The notes: generated by a model from the sequence alone, not told the origin. Counted from the first letter of the stretch, positions 1-10,329 are shown. The stretch: 64,000 nt of DNA from Candidatus Multivoradales bacterium (GCA_965223325.1 CBDCWI010000002.1:1952001-2016000), one strand, 5' to 3'. Numbers and translations: made by a program.

Positions 1-56
1 CGCTCTGCCCGGGTGAGGTACTGGCATCCATTGCGCTGGATCGAGTCGAGGGTCTC

Positions 57-1403
57 TTACCCAAGGAGCCGTTTCAGATAAGGCGTCTGGAACACGCCCG
101 ATGGATCGAGTCGCTTGCGAACCTGCTGAAACGCATCCCACCGCGGGTAGAGCGGCTCGAGTTCCTGTGCCTCGAGATAGTGCATCTTGCCCCAGTGCGG
201 GCGACCTCCGTGATTGCGAGCGATGGCCTCTGCGTCTCGAAAGAACGGCTCGTGCTCGAGCGCCGCGGCCTGATGAAGCGAAAGGGTTACGACGTCTTCG
301 CCCCGGTTCATGCCGAGGTAGGTGTCATCGGCCTGGACAGTGCGGTACTCGATCGGCCAGGTGATGTCTCTGAACCTCCCCAGCATCAGCTCACGCAGTT
401 CCGCCCAGCACTCTCTACCCCGGCTGCGCGGTACGACGTACTCGAGCTCGTTGAAGCGCGTCGTGCGAGACGACGGGAACACCTCTCCGCTCCAGCCGAC
501 GCGCTCCCCCACGAGGCCTTGTTCGTCTTGCGTTTCTTCGCGATCCTCGGGGTCGCTGGTGATATCGAGCGTCTTCGCCAGGCAGGCGTCTTGCTGCGAC
601 ACCCAGAAGAACTCGAAGTGACGGTGGCCCTGGATGCGCTCCTCGAGTGATTCCGCCAGCGCCTCATAGGGCACGATCTCGGTGCGCTCGTGGAGTCGAA
701 ACCGCTTGACGACCCGAAGCTTGACGGTCACCAGGACACCCAGCGCACCCAGATGTACCGCCAGCGCACGCACGACCTCGGGGTCGCTCGCTTTGTCGAA
801 CTCGCGCAGTTCGCCTTGACCGTCGATCAGAGTCGCGCCCAGAACCAGGGTCGACAGGGAGCCGAGCGTGAGCCCAGTGCCATGGGTGGCGGTGGCGGTG
901 GCGCCGGCAACACTCTGGCGATCGATGTCAGGCAGCGTCTCGAGAGCCCAACCCGCCTCGAACAGCGGCGCCGTCAGCTGCGCGAGCTTGGCCCCCGCGG
1001 CGACTGTCGCCACGGCGCCGCCTGTCTCTGACGGCTCGATGCTCACCACCGGCCGCTCGCGCGCCAGGCGCGTGAGCAGCGCCGTCGTGCCGCTGGTGGC
1101 GCACAGCGGAACGAAGGAATGACCGGTTCCGGCAACGCGGAGGGTCTCTTTGCGCCGGATCGATTCACGAACGGCGTCGACGAGTTGCTGCTCTGATGTG
1201 GCGCGCTCGACCGCCCGCGGGCTCCACTCGATGGCGCCCGACCAGTTCTTCCACAGCTCTCGTTCTGGCGCCACTTCTTCTTGTGATCTCGGGCGGCCGA
1301 GGCCGGCGGCCGCAGATGTTGGCAGGGCCGCGGCCGCGAAGGCGCCGAGGCCCGTACCAACGACCCGACGACGGGTGAACAAAGGGTCATGTCGTTGGGT
1401 CAT
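57..1403 (-). CDS. FAD-linked oxidase, D-arabinono-1,4-lactone/L-gulonolactone oxidase family, with Tat signal
   Basis: WKNWSG, VAGTGHSF (FAD-binding His), C-terminal GGRPHWGK...LDPSGVF (ALO domain). N-terminus TRRRVV, hydrophobic stretch, AAA. Start placed at ATG 1403 behind an AGGAG-like RBS. Confidence 0.85.
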   Translation of the reverse strand: MTQRHDPLFTRRRVVGTGLGAFAAAALPTSAAAGLGRPRSQEEVAPERELWKNWSGAIEWSPRAVERATSEQQLVDAVRESIRRKETLRVAGTGHSFVPLCATSGTTALLTRLARERPVVSIEPSETGGAVATVAAGAKLAQLTAPLFEAGWALETLPDIDRQSVAGATATATHGTGLTLGSLSTLVLGATLIDGQGELREFDKASDPEVVRALAVHLGALGVLVTVKLRVVKRFRLHERTEIVPYEALAESLEERIQGHRHFEFFWVSQQDACLAKTLDITSDPEDREETQDEQGLVGERVGWSGEVFPSSRTTRFNELEYVVPRSRGRECWAELRELMLGRFRDITWPIEYRTVQADDTYLGMNRGEDVVTLSLHQAAALEHEPFFRDAEAIARNHGGRPHWGKMHYLEAQELEPLYPRWDAFQQVRKRLDPSGVFQTPYLKRLLG

Positions 1404-1423
1404 CTCGCGCTCTCCTTTCTCCG

Positions 1424-2692
1424 CTACTGCGACCGGCCGCGCGCCGCGATCGGCCAAGGACCCTGCAGCGAACCGTTCTCGAACGGATGCAGTGTGTCGT
1501 AGAGGTTGATGGTGGGATCACAGTGCGAAACCAGAAGCATCGCCTTCTCACCCAGGCGCAAGGGCCGAGGTTCGGCAGCCAGTGCCTCGGGCAGGAACTG
1601 GACGATTCCGTGCTCGTCACCACCGTAGTGATACACCAGGCCCTCGAGGTCGCGGAACACTGGCTTGGCGTTGGGTTCGTTGGCGAACGCCTTGTAGCCC
1701 GCATCGACTGTGATCAGTTCATCGACCGGCTGGCTGATCGCGGTCGCCAGCACGAAGAGCGCCGGTTCAAAGTCATCGAACACCTCGCCAGCGCTGCCAC
1801 CGATTGCACGGTACTGCACATCCATGAAGCAATAGGAACCGACCTGCAGCTCGGTCAAGCCACCGAGCAGAGTACCTTCTTGGGTATCGATGTCGTAGGT
1901 GCCGGTTCCGCCTCCAGTCATGATCGGAACAGCGATTCCATTCTCTTCGAGAAGCGCACGAGTTTCGAGTGAGGCGGTGAGCGCTTTCATCGAAGCCGCG
2001 GCACGCTTGTCGTGCCCTTTGATGTGCATCACATGACCGGCATAGGCCTGCAGGCCACGGAAGCGCAAGCCCTCGAGCTCAGAAACCAGGCGCGCCAGCT
2101 CGAGCGCCGGCGCACCGGGAGCGATGCCGGTTCGGCGGGTCCCGGTATCGAGACCGATCACGACACTGAGCCGAATACCGGCCGCGCGCGCTAAGCGGTC
2201 GAGAGCACCCGCCGCCTCGGCATGATCGACCAGCATGATGAACCCCGGTGCCCGCCTGGCAAGAGCCACCACCCGTTCGAACTTCTCCGCCGTGGCTACT
2301 GGAGAGGTGATCAGCACCCGGTCAATCCCGTGCTCGACCATCACCGCTGCCTCACTCAGTTTCGCGCAGCAGATCCCCACCGCTCCCAACTCGAGCTGCC
2401 GCTTCGCCACCCGTGGGCACTTATGGGTCTTTGCGTGCGGCCGCAGAGCGACACCGGCCGCCTCAGCATGGGTCGCCATGCGGGTGAGGTTTCGTTCGAA
2501 GGCGGCATGATCGAGCACCAGGGCGGGGGTCGGCAGCGCATCGAGGCCAGCAATCGGCTCCGCGGGAAAGCCGGCCGAGGCGCGTCCCGGCCACCCGATT
2601 CCTGCCCGCACTCCGACCACTCCTCCCAGACCGACCAACCCGCCGGTCACCACGGAGCGCCGAGTCATACCGACCTGCCGATTCTCGCTCAT
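1424..2692 (-). CDS. DSD1-family fold-type III PLP enzyme (D-threonine aldolase/D-serine dehydratase-like), with Tat signal
   Basis: LPTPALVLD, LRPHAKTHK (PLP Lys), QAYAGH, GGGTGT, ELQVGSY, DEHG, SHCDPTINLYD, IAARG. N-terminus TRRSVV...ASA. Confidence 0.88.
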   Translation of the reverse strand: MSENRQVGMTRRSVVTGGLVGLGGVVGVRAGIGWPGRASAGFPAEPIAGLDALPTPALVLDHAAFERNLTRMATHAEAAGVALRPHAKTHKCPRVAKRQLELGAVGICCAKLSEAAVMVEHGIDRVLITSPVATAEKFERVVALARRAPGFIMLVDHAEAAGALDRLARAAGIRLSVVIGLDTGTRRTGIAPGAPALELARLVSELEGLRFRGLQAYAGHVMHIKGHDKRAAASMKALTASLETRALLEENGIAVPIMTGGGTGTYDIDTQEGTLLGGLTELQVGSYCFMDVQYRAIGGSAGEVFDDFEPALFVLATAISQPVDELITVDAGYKAFANEPNAKPVFRDLEGLVYHYGGDEHGIVQFLPEALAAEPRPLRLGEKAMLLVSHCDPTINLYDTLHPFENGSLQGPWPIAARGRSQ

Positions 2693-2899
2693 CAACGGAT
2701 CATGACACTTCCTGCAGAACCGACCGCTCCGTCCAGCCAGTGCCCGGCCCAGACGAGCGCTCGACCCTTCAAGTGCGGCGGGCTAGGTGAGAGCTGGTTG
2801 TGCGCCTGGGTCAGCGAGCGCCAGCCGTTTCCTTCTTCCCAACCTTCTCGAGGGTCAGGGTGGCACCTACAGATCGTCAGCTTCGCGCACAGGGAAGAG

Positions 2900-3458
2900 A
2901 ATCCATTCGCGAACAGACTCTGCGCGACGACCACCAGTGGTACTACAACACCGAAGTCTGGGAACGCACGACCTTCCTTGGCGTCCCGTGTGGAAAGTCG
3001 GTCTCCGACATGTGGAACTACCAGGAGATCATCTTCGAGTTGAAGCCTTCACTCGTAGTTGAGTTTGGCGCCCATCGCGGAGGCGCACTGTTCTTTTCTC
3101 GAGACGCTGAAACGCGCCTCACCAAAAGGACGGGTTCTCACAGTCGACGTAGCCACCCAGAAGATCGACTCGCGCGTTCGCACGGATGGTTTGAAGACAC
3201 TCTTGCCACTGCCCCGGTCACGCAACTGGCGGTTCTCCGAGCAGACGGTGACATGTTCTCCTCGACCATGGCGATTCTCGATGGGCTCTCCGAAAAGGTG
3301 TCGCCCTACTCTTCATCGATAACTACGGCGCGATCGCCGCATGCAAGGCCGCGGTCGACGAGTCTCGCGCCGCCCACGACATCGCAGACGTCATGCACAC
3401 GATCGACTGGGCGGCGGGTGTCTACTGGCGTAAAGGATCTCACCGCCCGTCGAGCTAG
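2900..3458 (+). pseudogene. Degraded sugar O-methyltransferase locus: CmcI/rhamnosyl O-methyltransferase N-part joined to TylF/MycF/NovP C-part
   Basis: HQWYYNTEVW...KSVSDMWNYQEIIFELKPSLVVEFG (CmcI family). Frameshift near 3097 into FLETLK...VLTVDV. Abrupt switch near 3183 to GWFEDTL...AVLRADGDMFSST (TylF). Second frameshift near 3310 into FIDNY...CKAAVD...IDWAAGVYWRK, stop at 3456-3458. No clear start codon. Confidence 0.75.
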
Positions 3459-3582
3459 TCGGCGGCAGATTCCCAACCGCCTCCAACGTATCCAGTCTCG
3501 CCGCTCGGTAGGGAGCTTCCCATCACCGCGGACACGTATCAAGGACTCGGAGGCCAACGCCAGGTGTGAGCGATCTTCGGCC

Positions 3583-6351
3583 CTATTCGTTTCGCAACGC
3601 CCGCATCGGATCGATGCGAGTGGCGCGAAGTGCGGGAACCAGACAGGCGAGGAAAGCGACCAGCAGCAGAATGGGCGGAACCAAAGCGAAACTGATGGGG
3701 TCGACAGCGCTCACATCGTGGAGCAGCCCGACCAGGAGGCGGCCGGCACCGAGTGAGGCGAGGAGTCCTATTGCCACACCGACCGCCGTCGTCCTCATCC
3801 CCGAACCAAGGATCATCTTGAGGATGTCCCGGCGGGTGGCACCCATCGCGATGCGCAGGCCGATCTCTCCGGTCTGGCGGTGCACCGAGTAGGAGAGTAG
3901 TCCGTAGAGTCCAACGACGGCGAGTGCCAGTCCGAGGAGCCCAAAGGCAGAGACCAGGGTGGCGGCAAGGGTGGCGGGAAGAAAGGCACTGCTCCTCAGG
4001 TGGTTCTCGAGAGTTTTGACGTCTAGCAACAGGACTTTGGCATCGAGTGCACGACTGGCGCTCTGAACCTGCGCAGAGAGTTCAATGGGCGGTAGAGCTG
4101 AGTGCGCGACCAGGGTGGCATTGAGTGAGGCACCCAGACCTTGCTCATAAGAAAGGTAGAAGTAGGGAATCGGCTCTTCCGCGACCTGTCTGTACTTGCC
4201 GTTTGCCGCGATACCCACCACTTCGATCCTCTCGCCGCGAGACTCGTCCAATCGGAACGTCAGCCCGATAGGATCTCGCCCCGCCCAGAAGCGCTCCGCC
4301 ATCGTCTGGTTGATCACCGCGACCGGCACGCGACCTTCGATGTCGGTCGTCTCGATACCCCTACCGCGCAGGATGGGCGTACCGAGGGTCGCGAAGTAGT
4401 GACCATCGACCGTGGCGTAGAGCGCTTGAAGCGGCTCGCCGGTGCGGCGGTTGCTCTCGGCTCCATCCACGTAGACCGAGCCGTTCATGGCAAAGGTATC
4501 GAGGGGAATCGGCATCGCCCAGGACGCTGTGTGCACCCCCGGTAAAGACGCGACTCGCTCTCGCAACGCTCGATAGTACTCACGGCTACGCTCGGCGTCG
4601 TAGCCGTTGAGACTCAGATCCACCGAAACCGCCAGCCGATTCTCGGGCTCGAAACCGACGTCAATCGCAACGGTGTTTTGGAGACTACGAGCAAACAGAG
4701 ACGCGGACACGAGGAGTACCAGGCAGGCTGCGACTTCGGCCACCACCAGTACCCGTCGTAGTCCACCACTGCTCGCGCCGCTACTCAGCCCTCGCCCCTC
4801 GGATCGGAGACTTCCGCCCCAGTCCGACTTAGAGATCCGAAGTGCGGGGACCAGCCCGAACAGAACAGCGGTGACGGCGGTCAACAAAACAGCGTAGGCG
4901 ACGATCGACGGATCGAGTGACGGATCGAAGCTGATCGGCAGAGATGTACTGCTCATCGACGCCGCGAGGACGCGCATCGAAGCCACCGCCAGCGCCAGGC
5001 CGGCGGCTCCTCCAAGGGCTGCGAGTACCAGACTCTCGGTCAACAGCTGGCGCACGACTCGTGCGCGGCTCGCGCCCATAGCCAGGCGAATGCCGACCTC
5101 CCGCCGTCGGGTCGCCGCTCGCACCAGAACCAGGTTGGCGACGTTGACGCAGGCGATCAACAGAACCAGAGCCACCGACAGCAGCATGACGAGAGATGCC
5201 AGGCGAAGGATGGGTCCACTGCCCGTTCCCATCCTTGCTTGGGACTCGGGGAGCACCCGGATCGAAATCCCTTCGTTGGCCTCCGGGTATTCCTCTGCAA
5301 GCTGTAGAGCCATTGTCTGGAAGCGGATCTGAGCCTGCTCAATCGAAACCGATGGTGTCAATCGACCCACCGCCCAGATGCTGCGGCGCTTGCGATCCAG
5401 GAGAATTTCCCGACTGACGGGTGAGAGGACTTCTGCTGCCGAGAGTGGCAGCCACAACTCGGCGGTCATGAGGGCATGCGCACCCCGGAAGCCGGGTGGT
5501 GCCACGCCGATGATGGTGAAGGTCTCACCGTTGAGCCTCAACTGACGGCCGACCACGCCCCTGTCGCCGCCGAGCCGACTCTGCCAGAGCGCGTGCCCAA
5601 TGATCACCACCGGCTCTACTGGACCGTCGTCAGCCCGCGAGTCGAAACCCCGGCCGAGCAGCGGCTCGACTCCGAGAGTCTCGAAGTAGTTGGCACTGAC
5701 CACGCTTCCCCATACACGCTGGCCCGCTGCCTCGACTCCGCCACCAGGTTCAGAGTCAGCCTGAAGCTGGACGGACAATGGGAAGTGGAGCGCCATCCTC
5801 CCGACCGACGTCTCCTTCTTGTACTCGAGATAGTCGGGATAGGACACGCCGTCGGCGACGCGCCCGTCTCCGTCCACTGCCGCAAAGACGACGATCTCGC
5901 GAGGATCTTCGAGATTGGGCGGCCTCCACAACAACGAGTAGATGAGACTGAACATCGAACTGTTGATCCCGATGCCGAGAGCTAGAACCAGCACGACCAC
6001 CGTCGTGAAGCCTGGCTTCTTGGCGAGGGTTCGAACGGCGTAGCGTAGATCTTGAAAGAAGCTCCACACGATTTCACCTCCAGAGAGTCGACGGTTGGTC
6101 GGCGGCGACCAGGGTTCGGGTAGTGGCGGCGCCGAAGGAGTCGCGACCCAGCTGTGCTCTATCGCTTCGAGATCGATCAGCTGTCGCACCGCCTTCTGGA
6201 ACGCGACCTCCGCAGAATCGCCTTCATCGACCTTCCGCTCGACCAGGATCCGAAGATGGTCCTCGAGCTCATCGAGATCCTCGTCGGCGAGCTCCGCTCG
6301 TCGCGCCAGACTCTGTCGCCACCATCTGATGTCGTGATCGAGAGCGCTCAT
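3583..6351 (-). CDS. Duplicated MacB/FtsX-type ABC permease (ADOP-like) with N-terminal permease-prefix region
   Basis: QDLRYAVRTL.K.PGFT, LLIACVNVANL, RRREVGIRLAMGASR, EIGLRIAMGA, IDPMRALRNE; two FtsX/MacB_PCD modules. ATG 6351 overlaps the padR stop (ATGA). No ATPase gene adjacent. Confidence 0.9.
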   Translation of the reverse strand: MSALDHDIRWWRQSLARRAELADEDLDELEDHLRILVERKVDEGDSAEVAFQKAVRQLIDLEAIEHSWVATPSAPPLPEPWSPPTNRRLSGGEIVWSFFQDLRYAVRTLAKKPGFTTVVVLVLALGIGINSSMFSLIYSLLWRPPNLEDPREIVVFAAVDGDGRVADGVSYPDYLEYKKETSVGRMALHFPLSVQLQADSEPGGGVEAAGQRVWGSVVSANYFETLGVEPLLGRGFDSRADDGPVEPVVIIGHALWQSRLGGDRGVVGRQLRLNGETFTIIGVAPPGFRGAHALMTAELWLPLSAAEVLSPVSREILLDRKRRSIWAVGRLTPSVSIEQAQIRFQTMALQLAEEYPEANEGISIRVLPESQARMGTGSGPILRLASLVMLLSVALVLLIACVNVANLVLVRAATRRREVGIRLAMGASRARVVRQLLTESLVLAALGGAAGLALAVASMRVLAASMSSTSLPISFDPSLDPSIVAYAVLLTAVTAVLFGLVPALRISKSDWGGSLRSEGRGLSSGASSGGLRRVLVVAEVAACLVLLVSASLFARSLQNTVAIDVGFEPENRLAVSVDLSLNGYDAERSREYYRALRERVASLPGVHTASWAMPIPLDTFAMNGSVYVDGAESNRRTGEPLQALYATVDGHYFATLGTPILRGRGIETTDIEGRVPVAVINQTMAERFWAGRDPIGLTFRLDESRGERIEVVGIAANGKYRQVAEEPIPYFYLSYEQGLGASLNATLVAHSALPPIELSAQVQSASRALDAKVLLLDVKTLENHLRSSAFLPATLAATLVSAFGLLGLALAVVGLYGLLSYSVHRQTGEIGLRIAMGATRRDILKMILGSGMRTTAVGVAIGLLASLGAGRLLVGLLHDVSAVDPISFALVPPILLLVAFLACLVPALRATRIDPMRALRNE

Positions 6352-6677
6352 GCCGGGTCCCAGAGCCGCAGTAGCGCCCGGTGAACCGTCATCCACTGCT
6401 CGCGCTCGGTGGCCAGTGCCGCTTGGCCGGCCTCGGTGAGGGTGTAGTACTTCCGCCGACGACCCGTCTCCGGGCGCCGCCACTCGGACTCGATGAGTCC
6501 CTCGTGCTCGAGCCGGTGGAGCACCGGGTAAAGCATGCCGTCACTCCATTCGATGTCGCCGCCGCTGAGGAGCCGCACCCGCTGCAGAATGGCGTAGCCA
6601 TAGCTCTCGCCCTGCGCCAGGATGGAAAGGACCAGCGGTCTCGCCGAGGCCGCCACCATGTCTTTCGAGATCGCCAT
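6348..6677 (-). CDS. PadR-family transcriptional regulator
   Basis: LSILAQGESYGYAI, GMLYPVLHRLE.EGLI, RRRKYYTLT.AG; coupled to the permease gene. Confidence 0.92.
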   Translation of the reverse strand: MAISKDMVAASARPLVLSILAQGESYGYAILQRVRLLSGGDIEWSDGMLYPVLHRLEHEGLIESEWRRPETGRRRKYYTLTEAGQAALATEREQWMTVHRALLRLWDPA

Positions 6678-6742
6678 CTTCCTGCCTCCAGATCCAGAGA
6701 AAGGCCCATCCAAGCGGGCCGGCTCTATAGGTGACACTCCAA

Positions 6743-6763
6743 TACATAGAGGTTCTAGTGTTA
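6743..6763. promoter_or_regulatory. Possible PadR operator (imperfect palindrome)
   Basis: AT-rich TACATAGA-GGT-TCTAGTGTTA about 65 bp upstream of padR; PadR genes are commonly autoregulated. Confidence 0.35.
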
Positions 6764-7050
6764 GATACGGAAGAGAGCGGCCAGGGTTAACAAAAAGATC
6801 GCGCGGCGATGAGGATCGCTGCCGATCGCCGTCGCGTGCTCCGCGTGCGAGCGCCTGGGAGGGCCCCGAGCGTTTCGGTCTCGCTCGGCCTGGTTCACCG
6901 GCTCAATCGGGTACAGGGGCCAGAGGTACCAAGTCGGGGTGATGCGAGACCTACCGTTCAGTTTCATGATGCCGGTTGGACTCGGAGGTGGGACCGGTGG
7001 ATCCTGCCTTCCCGGGGACCTCTCCGCGCGTCCCCGCTCTCCGCCTGCCG

Positions 7051-8805
7051 CTACCAGCTCGGCGCGACCGGGCGTCTAAGCGCATCGATCAGCGGTCGGT
7101 CGAGCTCGTAGATGTCGGGGCGAAAGTGCACCGCGCCCTCTTCGTCGGGCCAGGCGGTGAAATAGGTCAGGTGCACGGGTACGCGATGTAGCAACCGTGC
7201 CTGGAGCTGATTTCGCGAGGCGACTGCATCGTCGACCAGCCAGCGGTTCCAGAGGGGCGTGCCCTCGAGCAGTTCGTTCGCCAGCTCGAGCGGGCGCTCG
7301 ACGCGAATGCAACCGGAGCTCTTCGCCCGATCGCGCTCATCGAAGAGCGCTTTGGCGGGTGTGTCGTGGAGGTAGATGTCGTAGTTGTTGGGGAACATGA
7401 ACTTCAAGCGCCCTAGTGCACCCTCAGGGCTCGGTTTCTGGCGCAAGCGGTACGGGAAGTTGTCCCGGTCGAGCTCGTGCCAGTCGACGCTTGCTGGATC
7501 GATGCGCTGCTCGTGGTCATCCCACCCTTTGAGGACTTCGAAGCCTCGCCGCTTCAAATGGCCAAGGTCGCGCTTGATCTGCGGCAACTCGTCCTCAATG
7601 GCGAGGTTGTGCGGCACCTCCCAATGGGGGTTGAACACCAGGAAGCTCATCTCGTCGCTGAAAGCATGGGTCGGTCGCCCGGGCCGCCCGACCACGACCT
7701 TCATGTCGAGGATCACGCGGTGGTTCTCGACCAGCTCGAGGCGAAAGAACGGAATCTGCACGTTGATGTGCCGCTTCCCGAGGTCGTGCGGCAACCACCG
7801 GAGACGCTCGAGGCTGAGCTCGATCTGGCGGAGACGATCGCGCGCCGGAATCGCCATCTCACGACGCGTCACCGGCCCAACCTTGCCGTCGACCTCGAGC
7901 CCGTGGCGTTTCTGGAAGCGGCGCACGGCGCCTTCGAGCTCGGCGTCGTACCGCTCTGGGTTCGTGGCTTCGCGCGAGGTGAGGTCGCCGGTGGCACGCA
8001 TCCTCGCCCGCAATACAGAAAGGCGTTCCGAAGGGGCACGTTGCCCCAGCACAAGAACCGGCCCTTCGGGCACCACCTCCCAACCGCCGCCCAGGGCGAG
8101 CGTACGATAACGATCGGCAGCGTCCATCAAGCGACGGTAGGCGGGCGTCAAAGGAGTGAGCGTGTCCCAGACCTCGTCGAAGTTGCCGCCCGCGCTCTGT
8201 TCGACGACGCCAGAAATGTCTCGCTCGTGGCGAAAGTAGCCAAGAGCCGGATCAAACACCCCGGCACGCTGGCGCCCCGAGAGCAGGTGCGCCGCGTAGC
8301 GCAGGAGACCATCGGAGAGCAGCAACTCAAAGGTGGCCGCAGCCTCGACGGACCAGCCGCCCTGGGAAGAGTGGCGACGGTGGCGTTCGAGCAGCAGCAC
8401 CAGGGCTCCGTGATGATACTCGCCGGTAACGAGGCCATGCGCCTGGGCCTCCTCGAGTGCCGCTACGGCCGCTCGAGCCGCTCGGGTGGGCCGGCCCGAG
8501 GTCAGCCAGAGAGCCGCGCCATCGCGACCTGAATAGAGTCGCGAAAGTGCCCTTCGTTGATGGATCGGCTCGACAAAAGAGCCCACCGGGAGCTCACGCA
8601 GGAAGCTGCCCTCGATCTGCCCCAACCGTGAGGTCATTGCAGAGCGCAGGTCGTCTTGGTTGATGCCCTCAGCTCCCGGGGGAGAGGCGATGACGACTGC
8701 GAGAGACAGGGCGACGGTCAGCATCACGGCTACCCTACCGGCTGGTGGCCAGCGGTCCAGTGGTTCGAGGACGCCAGACACGGTCAAGACAATGGGTCGC
8801 GGCAT
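7051..8805 (-). CDS. Murein L,D-transpeptidase, YcbB/LdtD-like
   Basis: Peptidoglycan-binding motif AVRRFQKRHGLEVDGKVG; YkuD motifs VVVGRP, FNPHWEVP, IYLHDTP, SSGCIRVE; N-terminal hydrophobic segment. Confidence 0.9.
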   Translation of the reverse strand: MPRPIVLTVSGVLEPLDRWPPAGRVAVMLTVALSLAVVIASPPGAEGINQDDLRSAMTSRLGQIEGSFLRELPVGSFVEPIHQRRALSRLYSGRDGAALWLTSGRPTRAARAAVAALEEAQAHGLVTGEYHHGALVLLLERHRRHSSQGGWSVEAAATFELLLSDGLLRYAAHLLSGRQRAGVFDPALGYFRHERDISGVVEQSAGGNFDEVWDTLTPLTPAYRRLMDAADRYRTLALGGGWEVVPEGPVLVLGQRAPSERLSVLRARMRATGDLTSREATNPERYDAELEGAVRRFQKRHGLEVDGKVGPVTRREMAIPARDRLRQIELSLERLRWLPHDLGKRHINVQIPFFRLELVENHRVILDMKVVVGRPGRPTHAFSDEMSFLVFNPHWEVPHNLAIEDELPQIKRDLGHLKRRGFEVLKGWDDHEQRIDPASVDWHELDRDNFPYRLRQKPSPEGALGRLKFMFPNNYDIYLHDTPAKALFDERDRAKSSGCIRVERPLELANELLEGTPLWNRWLVDDAVASRNQLQARLLHRVPVHLTYFTAWPDEEGAVHFRPDIYELDRPLIDALRRPVAPSW

Positions 8806-8889
8806 TGCCGATCACCAGCAGACGCTCTTCGCTAAGCCTAGCGACGGTGAGGTCGGCCTCGGTGCCCCATCGTTACTCACTCGCCGCTG

Positions 8890-10329
8890 TCACCCTCCGC
8901 TAGTGCAACGGGACTCCGCCGACGCATGCATACGAAGTGACCACCCGCGCAGCAGCAGGCCGAGCCCGATGAGCAGCAAGGGCCCGCCATAGACGATGGC
9001 CACGTAGAGCCAGTCGACCGGGTCTTCTTGGAGTGCGTAGAGTCCCGCACCGAGGTAACCCACTCCCGACACCACCAGCACCAGTACGCCGATCGCCACT
9101 GCCACGGGAGTGGATCGCGCCATTTTGAACGGCGCATCCATTCCGTCGAGTCGTGCGCGAATGTAGGCGAGCGCCACGAAAATGTAGGGCACCACCAGCG
9201 AGAGCGAAGCCAGGTCGTTGAGGAGCGCGATGAACGCCTCGGAACCAGCCAGCCCGGCCAAAACGCTAAGCAGCGGGATCAGGATAAAGAAGACCGTAAC
9301 GGCCGCCTGCATCCACAACGCGTGGTGGAGAGTTCCTTTCTCATCGGAGCGAGTGAGGGGGGCGGGAAAGGTCCCCTCGGGCACATCGGCGAACATCGCA
9401 CGGATCGGGGACTCGATCCAGAGGACGTAAGCCGCGACGCTACCTAGCGTGATGACCACCATCGCCAGTCGGCCGATGGCATCTCCGGGCAGACCGAGGG
9501 TCTCGGCCCAGGGTAGCCACACGTCATACATCCCGGTCGCCTTGGTGACCTCATGCACCGGCATGAGCATTGCGACGGCCACGGTGGCAAGCGTGTAGGC
9601 GGCACCGATGAGAAGGGTGGTCAACAGAATGGCGCGCGGGAAGGTCCGTTGCGGATCGTCCGTGTCGTTGACGTAGGGAGCAGCCACTTCGGCTCCCGCA
9701 ACAGCGAACAGCAACCACGCGAACGTCGAGAAGTAGTCGAGATCGAGCTGCGGCCAGAGCGCTTCGCCGGTGAAGGGTGTCGCCGAACCTCTCCCGGCGA
9801 GCGCGAGAACGAAGGGAACAACCACAAGCACTGCAATCAGGACAAGGGTTGCCTTGCCAAGCCAGTCTCCGAGCACCGAGAACACGCGCACGCCGCGGGT
9901 GGCCAGCCAGGTCAGAAGGAGACAGAGGAACGCCCCGAGAACCGGCAACGCCCAGGTGACGTTCTCGAACACGTCGACGCCACTCACGGCCAGCGAGGCG
10001 CGGATCGGCAACTTGCTGAACGAGGACTGAAGGTAGACGAGGTTGGCCACGAAGTAGGACCACGTCCCCACAAACGCCCACCGGGAGCCCAGGCCACGCT
10101 CCATGAAGCTGTAGATGCCGCCGCGCGCCTGTGTGTTGTCCGAGGCAAACTCGGCGAGAATCAGTGCCAGCGGCAAGAAATAGAGGAAGCCAACCGCAAG
10201 CCAGGAGGGAACTGCGGCGAGACCCAGCTCAGCGAGATTGTCGATGACGTTCGCGAAGCCGAAGGTGGTGACCACGATGAGCATGCTCACCGTGACCATC
10301 GACATCTTCTGGTTGGATGAGTGGCTCAA
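8890..10329 (-). CDS. APC-superfamily amino acid permease (YjeM/GadC-like)
   Basis: About 12 TM segments; FGFAN, YFLPLALILAE, GGIYS, FAVAGAEVAAPYV. Confidence 0.85.
   Translation of the reverse strand: MSHSSNQKMSMVTVSMLIVVTTFGFANVIDNLAELGLAAVPSWLAVGFLYFLPLALILAEFASDNTQARGGIYSFMERGLGSRWAFVGTWSYFVANLVYLQSSFSKLPIRASLAVSGVDVFENVTWALPVLGAFLCLLLTWLATRGVRVFSVLGDWLGKATLVLIAVLVVVPFVLALAGRGSATPFTGEALWPQLDLDYFSTFAWLLFAVAGAEVAAPYVNDTDDPQRTFPRAILLTTLLIGAAYTLATVAVAMLMPVHEVTKATGMYDVWLPWAETLGLPGDAIGRLAMVVITLGSVAAYVLWIESPIRAMFADVPEGTFPAPLTRSDEKGTLHHALWMQAAVTVFFILIPLLSVLAGLAGSEAFIALLNDLASLSLVVPYIFVALAYIRARLDGMDAPFKMARSTPVAVAIGVLVLVVSGVGYLGAGLYALQEDPVDWLYVAIVYGGPLLLIGLGLLLRGWSLRMHASAESRCTSGG

Noticed and set aside
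2800-3756. 318-aa ORF as an intact gene
   Set aside because: It threads through pieces of two methyltransferase families and runs antisense into the permease; better explained as a pseudogene.
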